A stretch of 25,865 bases of DNA from Nitrospirota bacterium (lineage in GTDB: Bacteria; JACPQY01): assembly GCA_016180645.1 (NCBI GenBank), contig JACPAV010000004.1, forward strand, positions 219,544 to 245,408. Reading direction: 5' to 3'. The notes beneath the pieces are model-generated. The model saw only the letters and a program-made list of their open reading frames with translations. It was not told the DNA's origin and ran no database searches. The position numbers and the translations under genes are program-made. Each line of letters opens with the position of its first letter. Within the stretch, counting starts at the first letter, position 1. Positions 9,006 to 17,455 of the stretch are shown here, in pieces.

Positions 9006-10389
9006 CCTGGTCCCCTCGCTCAGGAAGATATTCGGCAGTCACGGATACAGCGAAGACCCGGATCTGGCGGCGGCGTTCGGGCGGGATCTCTCTCCGTTCC
9101 TCATGCTGCGCGCGAAACGGCATGCTCCCTTCCCCGTTCCCAGAGCCGTGGTCTTCCCTGAGAACGAGACGCAAGTGTGCCGCTTCTTGAAATGGTCCGT
9201 TCGTGCCCGCGTGCCGGTGGTGCCCTTCGGCGGGGGGTCCGGAGTGTGTGGAGCCGCGATGGCCTCCCCGGGGAGTGTCGTGCTCTCTCTGGGACGCATG
9301 AACCGGATCGTGGACCTCGATCCCATTTCCGGTTTGGTGCGAGTCCAGCCGGGCGTGTATGGGCCGGAGCTGGAGAAGCATCTTAATCACGAGGGCTTCA
9401 CGCTCGGCCATTTCCCCGCCTCCTTCGAGATTTCGACAGTGGGTGGATGGCTGGCCAGCCGCGGCGCCGGCCAAAGCTCCACGAAGTACGGGAAGATCGA
9501 AGACATGGTCAGTTCCGTGAGGGTCGTGCTGCCCGATGGGCGGATCGTTCAGACCGTTCCGGCGCCCCGATCCGCAACGGGGTCAAGCCTCGTGCAGCTT
9601 TTCGTAGGAAGCGAAGGCACACTGGGAGTCATTGTCGAAGCGGGGCTTCGCGTGTGGCCGAAGCCGGAGGAGAAGATTTTCCAGTCGTATTCGTTCGACA
9701 CCTTTGTCGCCGGTGTGGAAGCCGTGCGGCGGCTCATCCAAAAGGGCTATCGGCCGGCCGTGGTGCGCCTCTATGATGAAGCGGAGGCGGCGTGGTATGG
9801 ATCGAGCCTCAAGTGGGAAGGAGGAGGCGCCCTGCTCGTGCTGGTTTGGGAAGGAACGAAGGGCCTGACCTTCGGAGAGGCGGAGATGGGGCGGCGGGAG
9901 ATCGAGGGGACCGGCAAGTTTACGGGGGAGATTCCAGGGCGACGGTGGGAGGAAACCCGATTTCAGCAGGTGCACGACTACCGGAAAATCATGGAGCGGC
10001 CGGATCCCATCATGGCCGAAACGATCGAGATCGCCTGCCTGTGGAAAGACGTCGCCGGGCTCTACGAGGAAGTGCGCAACTCGGTACCGGGTACACTCTG
10101 CACGGCTCACATTTCGCATGCCTATCAGGATGGCGTGGGGATCTACTTCACGTTCCTGATTCAAGCGGATTCGATGAAGGCCGTGCAGAAACGATACCAC
10201 GCGTTGTGGAAGGCCGTCATGGGCGCGGCCGTCCGGCGGGGCGCCGCCATCAGCCATCACCATGGCATCGGCACGCTGCGCGCCCCTTGGATGAAGCGTT
10301 CGCTCGGCGAGGGCTTCCAGGTGCTCAAACGACTGAAGAAATCCCTCGATCCGGCAGGCATCCTGAACCCCGGCAAACTCGGCCTGTAG
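8989..10389 (+). CDS. FAD-binding oxidoreductase (VAO/PCMH family), alkyl-dihydroxyacetonephosphate synthase-like
   Basis: VPFGGGSGV, TLGHFPASFEISTVGGWLASRGAGQSSTKYGKIED, GSEGTLGVI, RLYDE, HISHAY, SHHHGIG, LDPAGILNPGK. Overlaps the LysM gene by 17 nt. Confidence 0.85.
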   Translation: MNRRSNLVPSLRKIFGSHGYSEDPDLAAAFGRDLSPFLMLRAKRHAPFPVPRAVVFPENETQVCRFLKWSVRARVPVVPFGGGSGVCGAAMASPGSVVLSLGRMNRIVDLDPISGLVRVQPGVYGPELEKHLNHEGFTLGHFPASFEISTVGGWLASRGAGQSSTKYGKIEDMVSSVRVVLPDGRIVQTVPAPRSATGSSLVQLFVGSEGTLGVIVEAGLRVWPKPEEKIFQSYSFDTFVAGVEAVRRLIQKGYRPAVVRLYDEAEAAWYGSSLKWEGGGALLVLVWEGTKGLTFGEAEMGRREIEGTGKFTGEIPGRRWEETRFQQVHDYRKIMERPDPIMAETIEIACLWKDVAGLYEEVRNSVPGTLCTAHISHAYQDGVGIYFTFLIQADSMKAVQKRYHALWKAVMGAAVRRGAAISHHHGIGTLRAPWMKRSLGEGFQVLKRLKKSLDPAGILNPGKLGL

Positions 10390-10417
10390 GCGCAGTCTCC
10401 AGCCACCGCTACCCGTG

Positions 10418-10446
10418 TTGAAAGACCCCCCGGACTCGACTAACCT
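10418..10446 (+). promoter_or_regulatory. sigma70-type promoter for the radical SAM gene
   Basis: TTGAAA-N17-TAACCT, 7 nt before in-frame ATG 10454. Confidence 0.65.
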
Positions 10447-10453
10447 TCATGGT

Positions 10454-11530
10454 ATGGGCGACCTGAACAGTCCCGATATGCACCGGACGAACGGTCGTAT
10501 GCCGCTTCGAGGGCTGAAGCACAACACGTACTACAAGTATCTCTTTCGCCTGCCGAAGAACTATCTCCTCACCAAGCTTTTTGATCGCCCCCTCTACCTC
10601 AACATCGAAGTCACGATCATGTGCAACGCGGGATGCAGCTTCTGCGACTACTGGAAGGTGAAGAAAGAGGATCGGCTTGACGACTACGCCGAGGTCGTCA
10701 ATCGGATCAAACCGCTGTACGTCACCATTTCCGGCGGTGAGCCGACGCTGAGGAAGGACCTGCCGGACATCCTCTATAACATCAAGTCAAGGACGGAGGC
10801 GATCTTCGTGTCGATGACCACGCACGGAGGATTGCTGACGTTCGAGAAGGCCAGGGAACTTTACGAATCGGGGCTCGACGCGGTGAACGTCTCCCTTGAT
10901 TTCCCCGACGAGCGCCACGACGCCCAGCGGGGCATGCCGGGGCTGTTCAAACACCTTTGTGAGGAACTCCCCAAGATCCGTACATTGCCTTTCCGGAACG
11001 TTCAGGTCGGTACGGTCCTTCACAACCGGAATCTGGAGGATGTCGATGCGTTCCTCGCGCTCGGCCGGCGCCTCGGGGTCAACAACTCCTTCACGGCGTT
11101 TTCGTACACAAAGGTCGGCAAGAAGGACTTTTGGATTTCTCCGGATCGAATCCCCGTTCTCCGCCAAAAGATCGATCTCATCCTGGACTACAAGAGGCGA
11201 TACGGCTGCATCAACAACTCGGATGCGTATCTGCGGACGATGGTGGACTACTTCGAGAAGGGACAAATTGACGGGTGCAAAGCCGGCAAGACCTGGGTGC
11301 AGGTCACGGCGGACGGCCATCTGAAAGTCTGTTCGGAATTCGATCCCGTCATGCACTACTCCGAATACAAGGGCCCGTTGGAAACGCCGGATTGCGCCGA
11401 CTGCTGGTTCAAGTGTCGGGGCGAGAATCAGTCGAAATTCGATCTGAACCGGGTTCGAGAGCTCGCCCGGATGTTTGTGTTTAGGCCACGGGCCCCCCGG
11501 GCGGCCTCCGTTGGCGCCGCGTCAGAGTAG
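10454..11530 (+). CDS. radical SAM enzyme with C-terminal SPASM/twitch-like cysteines
   Basis: CNAGCSFC (CxxxCxxC), ISGGEPTLR, NVSLD; C-terminal CKAG...DGHLKVC...CADCWFKC. Confidence 0.92.
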   Translation: MGDLNSPDMHRTNGRMPLRGLKHNTYYKYLFRLPKNYLLTKLFDRPLYLNIEVTIMCNAGCSFCDYWKVKKEDRLDDYAEVVNRIKPLYVTISGGEPTLRKDLPDILYNIKSRTEAIFVSMTTHGGLLTFEKARELYESGLDAVNVSLDFPDERHDAQRGMPGLFKHLCEELPKIRTLPFRNVQVGTVLHNRNLEDVDAFLALGRRLGVNNSFTAFSYTKVGKKDFWISPDRIPVLRQKIDLILDYKRRYGCINNSDAYLRTMVDYFEKGQIDGCKAGKTWVQVTADGHLKVCSEFDPVMHYSEYKGPLETPDCADCWFKCRGENQSKFDLNRVRELARMFVFRPRAPRAASVGAASE

Positions 11531-11544
11531 CTTTCCGCTCGCAG

Positions 11545-11572
11545 CCACGACTCACGATTCACGACTCACGAC
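11545..11572. repeat. heptamer tandem repeat (TCACGAY x4) overlapping the GMC stop codon
   Basis: ccacgac tcacgat tcacgac tcacgac; on the minus strand it encodes VVSRES-stop. Confidence 0.8.
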
Positions 11573-13555
11573 TCCCTCCGCCGCCAGCATCGCCAGCCCC
11601 ATGATCGGCTCCTGGGGATTGACGCCGAGATTGGTGGGGAAAACGCTGGAATCCACTACGTAGAGCCCTTTCACGTCGTGGACCTGAAAGTCCGGGCCGA
11701 CGACGCTCGCGCGGGGGTCGGGACCCATCCGGCACGTGCCGAACATATGCGTTACAGCCATTTGGAGATCCTGCGGCGTGGGCTTGAGATCGAGCAACAT
11801 TCGCGCCTCGTCGGCCGAGTGGAATTCTTCGGGAACGCCGCGGATGCCGGTGAGAACCGCCCTGGCCCCTGCGGCGAAGAACATGCGCGAAACTTCGTAT
11901 GCCGAACGCGTGAAGCTCATACAATCTTCCGCGTTCGGGGTGTATCGGATCATCGGCCCCATGGCGCTGGGACGAACCATTCCCTCAGCTCGGCACCGCA
12001 CTTGAATTCCCCACAAAGCGTAATGCTCGAACTGGCTCAAACGTTCGAGCCATTTCTTCCCCGCCCCCGGGAGTCTCACCATCATGAGTTCCATCGGAAG
12101 GGCCAGCGTTTCGACCTTGAACCGCTCGGGGCGGAAGTGGTCGCATTCGTATCCTTGCGTGGCGCCTTCCCACATTCGAACGGGACGGTCAAAAGCAGCC
12201 GCGATGCCGATGCCCGGATGGGCCTGGAAATGCGCCCCGACGTGGCCGTTCCTGCGGGCCAGTCCGCTCGCCTGGATGAGCAGCGGGCTTTGAACGGCGC
12301 TGGCGGCGAGGATCACGCCCCTCCGCGCCCGGAATCGAACTCGGCCGGCCGTTCCCACGCCTTCAATGCCCGTCGCCCTCCCGCTCTCCGCAAGAATCCG
12401 GTCCACCCTCACACCCTCATGCAGTCTTGCGCCCAATCGGATCGCGTCGGGAACATACGTCAGCTCCATGCTGAGCTTGTGTCCTTTCGGGCATCCCTGC
12501 TGGCACAGCGAAAGCCCCTCGCATCGGGCGATGTTCCGTCGGGTGGGGTGAGCCCTGAGTCCGAGTTTTTCCGCACCCACTTTCATGAGTCGATTATTCT
12601 CCCCCCATACGCGCTCAGGGGTATCTCCGATCTGAAGGTCACTCTCGATCTCGTCGAAACAGGATTCCAGCTTCGTCCGGTCAAGGCGCACGCCAAACTT
12701 CTCCTCCCAAAGGGGGTAGACGTCATCCGGAATTCTCCAGCTGATCCCCGAGTTGATCGCGGTCGTTCCACCCACGCACCTCCCTTGGAGGTAGGGGATC
12801 ATGGTTTCGCCGAGAATGGCCGTCATCCCGCGGGACCTCCACGCGCGTTTCATCGACCGCCAAAGATTGGTTTCGAACTCCGTCGTCGGGATGGCCGGTC
12901 CTTCTTCCAAGAGAATCACCGTGGCCCCGGCCCTCGCCGCCGTTCGGGCGAACGTCGCTCCAGCCGCTCCGCTGCCGACGACAATGAAATCCGCTTCATC
13001 TTGGAATCGTGAGCCCGTGAGCCCGTGAACCCGTGAATCCGTGCCACCCCCTCCCCCTCCCTCACCCTCCCCCCTTGAGGGGGAGGGAACGGGTGGGGGG
13101 AGCATCGGGTTCACGGGCTCACGATTCACGGATCTGCGGGGTCCGCCCCCGACGGCGGAACCCTGATTCGGCTTTACATACCCCAGCGCCCGCTGAAATT
13201 CCGGTTCCCCCCCGCAGCCGAAACAAACCATCACCTTGATGAGCGTGAACGCCTGTCGAACCCAGTAGAAACGATGCTTGGCCCACTTCTGGAGATAGGT
13301 TTCCCGGTCCTCCTCGGAAAGTTTGTGGAAGGGCCTCACACGGCCCATCATCACGGGCGGAAGCCACACAAACAGCCACAGGATGATTCGATTGAGCACT
13401 CGCGCGGCCCACGGGCTGAGCGACAGATATTCGTGGACAAACTCAGCCGGATGCATCGTCCCGGACACGGACCGGAATTGGTCGTGGGACTCGAGGGGGA
13501 GAATGGAGCGGAAAACGCTCTCGATCCAGCGGCGCTCGAAGGATAGAAGTCGCAG
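11552..13555 (-). CDS. GMC-family oxidoreductase with an N-terminal helical accessory domain
   Basis: DFIVVGSGAAG, LLEEG, QGRCVGGTTAINSG, CEGLSLCQQGC, HMFGTCRMG, VVDSSVFPTNLGVNPQ. The frame stays open upstream of GTG 13468 to a CTG at 13555 (MRLLSFERRWIESVFRSILP); start uncertain. Confidence 0.9.
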   Translation of the reverse strand: MRLLSFERRWIESVFRSILPLESHDQFRSVSGTMHPAEFVHEYLSLSPWAARVLNRIILWLFVWLPPVMMGRVRPFHKLSEEDRETYLQKWAKHRFYWVRQAFTLIKVMVCFGCGGEPEFQRALGYVKPNQGSAVGGGPRRSVNREPVNPMLPPPVPSPSRGEGEGGGGGGTDSRVHGLTGSRFQDEADFIVVGSGAAGATFARTAARAGATVILLEEGPAIPTTEFETNLWRSMKRAWRSRGMTAILGETMIPYLQGRCVGGTTAINSGISWRIPDDVYPLWEEKFGVRLDRTKLESCFDEIESDLQIGDTPERVWGENNRLMKVGAEKLGLRAHPTRRNIARCEGLSLCQQGCPKGHKLSMELTYVPDAIRLGARLHEGVRVDRILAESGRATGIEGVGTAGRVRFRARRGVILAASAVQSPLLIQASGLARRNGHVGAHFQAHPGIGIAAAFDRPVRMWEGATQGYECDHFRPERFKVETLALPMELMMVRLPGAGKKWLERLSQFEHYALWGIQVRCRAEGMVRPSAMGPMIRYTPNAEDCMSFTRSAYEVSRMFFAAGARAVLTGIRGVPEEFHSADEARMLLDLKPTPQDLQMAVTHMFGTCRMGPDPRASVVGPDFQVHDVKGLYVVDSSVFPTNLGVNPQEPIMGLAMLAAEGVVSRES
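13005..13163. repeat. nested palindromic element inside the GMC coding sequence
   Basis: Inverted repeat of 20/21 bp (13005-13025 vs 13106-13126) built from CCCGTGA-type units, enclosing a CCCTCCCCC..GGGGGAGGG hairpin; an adjacent hairpin lies at 13139-13163. Confidence 0.85.
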
Positions 13556-13573
13556 TGGGGTGAAAGGGTGAAG

Positions 13574-14098
13574 TTAGGGAGTCGGGGCCTTCCGGAGAAT
13601 CCGGATCGAATGCGGCTGTGGAACGGCTTTCTCCAAGCCGATTCGCTCCAATTCGCGTTTGGCGCGGATGGCGAAGTACAGCATGGCCAGCACGGTCACT
13701 CCATCAAACACGAAAATCGCGAAGAACGCCGGATAGGAATACTTGGAAAGATAGATCTTCAAGTATCCAAACGAAGCGATCGATTTCATGGTGATGAGCG
13801 GCCAGAGGATTGGAAAATGCTTCGGGAGATCGATCTGGAGCATGAGGCACATGAGGCCGAGGGTGAATACGTTTCCCACCGCGAGGCACCGCCACACGTA
13901 GCTCTCCTCGATGATGGGATACCGATCCACCCCGAAGAACCGGCTGAGAAAATGCCCGATCTCGAAGAACTGCTGAATGGCGGTCATGGGCGCAAAGGCG
14001 TAGCTGAAAGAAGGAATAATGAAATTGAGCGTGAGGAGGGTGTACACGATTTGGAAGTTGCGATAGCGCCGACCGGGTTGAGACCAGAAGCCATGCAT
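13574..14098 (-). CDS. integral membrane protein of unknown function (about 4 TM)
   Basis: Hydrophobic segments (FQIVYTLLTLNFIIPSFSYAF, LAVGNVFTLGLMCLML, FFAIFVFDGVTVLAMLYFAI). ATG 14098 lies 7 nt after TCGAAA-N17-TATCGT; the gene sits directly upstream of the GMC gene. Confidence 0.8.
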   Translation of the reverse strand: MHGFWSQPGRRYRNFQIVYTLLTLNFIIPSFSYAFAPMTAIQQFFEIGHFLSRFFGVDRYPIIEESYVWRCLAVGNVFTLGLMCLMLQIDLPKHFPILWPLITMKSIASFGYLKIYLSKYSYPAFFAIFVFDGVTVLAMLYFAIRAKRELERIGLEKAVPQPHSIRILRKAPTP

Positions 14099-14182
14099 TT
14101 CGCCGACGATACCATCAAAATCCGATCTTTTCGACTGCCGGAGCTTTTTGAACCCCAACCGACCCTAGCCGAATGGCGGTTC

Positions 14183-14241
14183 GTAGGGGAGCATCTTCAG
14201 ATGCTCCCTCTCGTCGGGAGGGTCTGAAGACCCTCCCCTAC
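14183..14241. repeat. GTAG-type REP doublet
   Basis: GTAG-GGGAGCATCT-TC-AGATGCTCCC ... GGGAGGGTCT-GA-AGACCCTCCC-CTAC. Confidence 0.85.
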
Positions 14242-14275
14242 GAAATTCTGTTTGACTTTTGGAACGCTGAATCGC

Positions 14276-14304
14276 TTGACATCAGGCTGTCCTGTCAGTA
14301 CCAT
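14276..14304 (+). promoter_or_regulatory. strong sigma70-type promoter for the large lipoprotein
   Basis: TTGACA-N17-TACCAT, implying a leader of about 165 nt that ends in GGAGGAGG before the start. Confidence 0.7.
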
Positions 14305-14380
14305 ACGCCCCAACGTGATGGCGGAGGGCAATTTTTACCGCCTTGGATACAGACCCACTATAGGTCTGTCTGCGAGCCGG

Positions 14381-14434
14381 GTAGCCGCGGGCTTCAGCCC
14401 GCGGCTTGGAGCGCACTCTGAAGAGTGCGACTAC
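14381..14434. repeat. GTAG-type REP doublet within the predicted 5' UTR
   Basis: GTAG-CCGCGGGCT-TC-AGCCCGCGG ... CGCACTCT-GA-AGAGTGCG-A-CTAC. Confidence 0.8.
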
Positions 14435-14473
14435 CAGGGACGAACCGGTTCGGGTTTATAAACGGAGGAGGCT

Positions 14474-17455
14474 GTGATGAACATTCGAAGCATGCGCATT
14501 CTGTTGTTGTTCGCATTGACCATGGTTGTGGTTGCGGCGTGCGACACGGGCAAGACGCTGGAGGGGACGACCACGCAGTTGGGATCGCTCCAAGGAAGAG
14601 TCACCGAGGGCACACCCGAAACGGCGGCGGCCGCGGCGACGACAGCCGCACCCTCCCGCCAGGCACAGGCCCAGCTTCCGGACGTCAAGATCGGGGAGGG
14701 ATTGCCCGGTGTGCGCGTGACCGTCTTCCTGAAGGGTCAACTCAAGACGACCAAGACTTCGATCGACAACCCCAAGACCAAGGACGTGGATGAGGGCGGC
14801 TACTTCACAATCGCCGACCTGCCCGCCGGTGTTCTCTTGCCGGTTACGTTTGACCGCGATGCATACGTCAAACTCAACGGCAACGTGGAGATCCCCGCGG
14901 TGGCCGGCAGTGGGCAGAGCGCCATTCCTCTCAAGGACCCCGTGGCCACGATTGAAGTAGCCATGGTCAAAGGGACGGGCTCCGCCAGTCTCAATCTCGA
15001 TCGCCTCATCAAATTCAAGGGCATCCTCCAAGGCATCGTGGTGGACGGCACGCCGGGTGCGGACAGAGGGAAGGCCCTGGGCGACGTAACGATCAGCCTG
15101 TTCGTGGGTGGAAATCTGATCACGACGAAATCCAAGGCCAACGATGAGAAGACCTCCTTTGACGAAACCGGGTACTTCAGCGTCAGCAATCTGCCTCCCG
15201 GCCAGCCGATCTCGGCCACCTTCGAATTGAAGGACTATCAGAAGACCCGCATCACCGTCACCATTCCCGTGACGGAAGGCACCGAAGACCCCGCGGCCAA
15301 CGTCGAAGTCAAACTCGTGAAGGGCGACATCACAAAGATTATCGAGGAAACGATCAAGCCCCTGCCCTACAACGGCACGATCCAAGGCATCGTCCGCGAC
15401 GGTACCGTGGCGGCCGACACCTTCGGCAAGCCCCTGTCCGGCGTCACCGTGGCCGCGCTCGTCCTGGGCAAGGTTGTCGAGACCACTTCAAAGGAGGACG
15501 ATCCTCTCACCCCCGGCTTCGACGAAACCGGATTCTTCGCGCTGAACAATCTTCCGATCAATATCGCCATTCCGGTCCGGTTCAAGGCGGACGGATATGT
15601 CCCCGTAACCAGCGTGATCACCATCCCCGATCCGACGCTCAGCACCGCAGACGTGGAACAGGAGACCTCCCAAGTCACCTATGATGTTGACCTGGTCAAG
15701 GACACGGCCTCGCTTCTCGTTGTGGTCTACGCAGGAAAGGGCGTAGCCAACGGCGCGACGGTTGTGCTGGACCTCACAGGCTCAACCTTGAGCAACTCGA
15801 CCGGCACTTCCCTCACCTCCGGCTTTGACATTCGCCAAGTGAAGACCACGGATGACAAGGGGCAGGTTACGTTCGACAAGCTGCCGCCCATTGTCATTTC
15901 GGGAAGCGCCATCGTCGTGCAGCCTTTCGACGAGGACAAGGGCACCGACAAGAATCCGGACTATAAGACGACCACGGCCGCTACGGTCGGCATTGCGTCG
16001 GTGGATCTGAGGCAGTTGACGACCGGCACGGGCCCGAGCGTGGTGCGCATCAATCTGCTCACCTCCGCCTCGATCACGCCGACCGTCCTCTGGAGCAACG
16101 TCGTGAGCAACGCCGTCCTCAACAAGGACGATATTCTGAAGTTCATTTTTGACCTCCCGATGGACACGATGCCGGTGGCGGAGGTGAAGGATACGGCAAC
16201 CGGCAAGGTCACCACGGTGGCCGATCCCAGGAATGGCACTTTCGCCGTAACCCTGACGGACCCCGCGGGCCAGGCCGTTCCTTTCAAGTCGACCTGGACG
16301 AACAACGTCACGCTGGAGGTGGATCCGTTCAGCGACCTTCAGCCGTCCAACGCGGCCAACTTTGTTCCGACGGCCACCTGCCCAACCCCTCCTACGGCGA
16401 ACACGGACTGCTACACCGTTACCGTCCAGGCCCGGTCGATCCAGGGCATGTTCATGGCCGCCGAGTACAGCCGGCGCTTCAAGGTGACCGAGAAGGCCGC
16501 GGCCCTCACGGCTCCTACCCCTGCCACCTGGCCCAATCCTCTCCCGGGAACAGGCGCGTTTAACTGGAACACCGCGCCGGCCGGGATCATCCTCCAGTGG
16601 GGGCAGGACGCCAACGCCACGGGTTATAATGTGTATGCCAAGGACAACGGGCTCAACAAGGACTGGGTCAGGATCAGTTCCGGGCTGACGTTCCCCGCGA
16701 CGGCCGGTACGACCCATTCGCCGACGATCGTCTACGCACTGACGGCCTTGCCCACCCAATTCGACCGGTGTAACGATCTAAATGACTGCCCTGCGAGCAC
16801 GGTTGAACCGTTGGCTTTCGGCGGCCAGCTAACCCTGGCCGTTACGGCGCTGAATCGCGATGGAATCGAAAGCGCCCTTGACGACACAAAGATCGTGACG
16901 ATCGCGGACAATACGCCGCCGACCATCACCGGTCTGACGCTGTCGAACGCCAACCAGACCGCCCTGGCCAATCAGACGGCCGTGAGCGGAATCGGCGGCA
17001 CAGCCGCTCAGCAGCGCAGCGCCAACAACAGCGCCAACTGTCCGACAACGGCTACCTCGTGTACCAACGCGAAAACGATCCGCGTTCGACTCACGGGCTT
17101 CGGCGAACCCATGGGTTCGGGGGGCACGGCTTCGATCATCGATGCCGCGACGGCGCCCTGCAACGCCGCGGCCACGAACTCGAACAACGCCAATGTAACG
17201 ATCGTCGCCGGTCCGACGTGGTCGGAAGCCACCGCAGCGGCCAATCGGCCGGGGCTCCGGGAGCTCTACGTTGATGTCTCAGTCCCTGCCAACACCAGCG
17301 GCGTGGGCGAGTGCATCAAGTTCAACCTGTCCGGCGTGGCGGACGTGGCGGGGAATGGGGAGCTTGCCCTCACTCCGGCGAGCGATCCCAATGCGGGCAT
17401 CGATGGCGCTGCCGCGGCCAACAGCGGAGAGATCTACATCTATAAGCTGGACTGA
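14474..17455 (+). CDS. large surface lipoprotein with repeated beta-sandwich (carboxypeptidase-regulatory-like, Ig-like, Fn3-like) domains
   Basis: Signal peptide with lipobox VAAC, strong SD, three clear internal repeats (G.LQG.V..GT...G..L.GV.V...DE.GYF....LP), Ig-like motif F.FDLPMD, Fn3-like LQW...ATGYNVY...AVTALN.DG.ES; Thr/Ala-rich. Confidence 0.88.
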   Translation: MMNIRSMRILLLFALTMVVVAACDTGKTLEGTTTQLGSLQGRVTEGTPETAAAAATTAAPSRQAQAQLPDVKIGEGLPGVRVTVFLKGQLKTTKTSIDNPKTKDVDEGGYFTIADLPAGVLLPVTFDRDAYVKLNGNVEIPAVAGSGQSAIPLKDPVATIEVAMVKGTGSASLNLDRLIKFKGILQGIVVDGTPGADRGKALGDVTISLFVGGNLITTKSKANDEKTSFDETGYFSVSNLPPGQPISATFELKDYQKTRITVTIPVTEGTEDPAANVEVKLVKGDITKIIEETIKPLPYNGTIQGIVRDGTVAADTFGKPLSGVTVAALVLGKVVETTSKEDDPLTPGFDETGFFALNNLPINIAIPVRFKADGYVPVTSVITIPDPTLSTADVEQETSQVTYDVDLVKDTASLLVVVYAGKGVANGATVVLDLTGSTLSNSTGTSLTSGFDIRQVKTTDDKGQVTFDKLPPIVISGSAIVVQPFDEDKGTDKNPDYKTTTAATVGIASVDLRQLTTGTGPSVVRINLLTSASITPTVLWSNVVSNAVLNKDDILKFIFDLPMDTMPVAEVKDTATGKVTTVADPRNGTFAVTLTDPAGQAVPFKSTWTNNVTLEVDPFSDLQPSNAANFVPTATCPTPPTANTDCYTVTVQARSIQGMFMAAEYSRRFKVTEKAAALTAPTPATWPNPLPGTGAFNWNTAPAGIILQWGQDANATGYNVYAKDNGLNKDWVRISSGLTFPATAGTTHSPTIVYALTALPTQFDRCNDLNDCPASTVEPLAFGGQLTLAVTALNRDGIESALDDTKIVTIADNTPPTITGLTLSNANQTALANQTAVSGIGGTAAQQRSANNSANCPTTATSCTNAKTIRVRLTGFGEPMGSGGTASIIDAATAPCNAAATNSNNANVTIVAGPTWSEATAAANRPGLRELYVDVSVPANTSGVGECIKFNLSGVADVAGNGELALTPASDPNAGIDGAAAANSGEIYIYKLD

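Noticed and set aside
4280..16759. Long antisense ORFs (4280-5650, 11678-13012, 14456-15385, 15782-16759)
   Set aside because: Expected stop-poor shadows opposite high-GC genes; no motifs.
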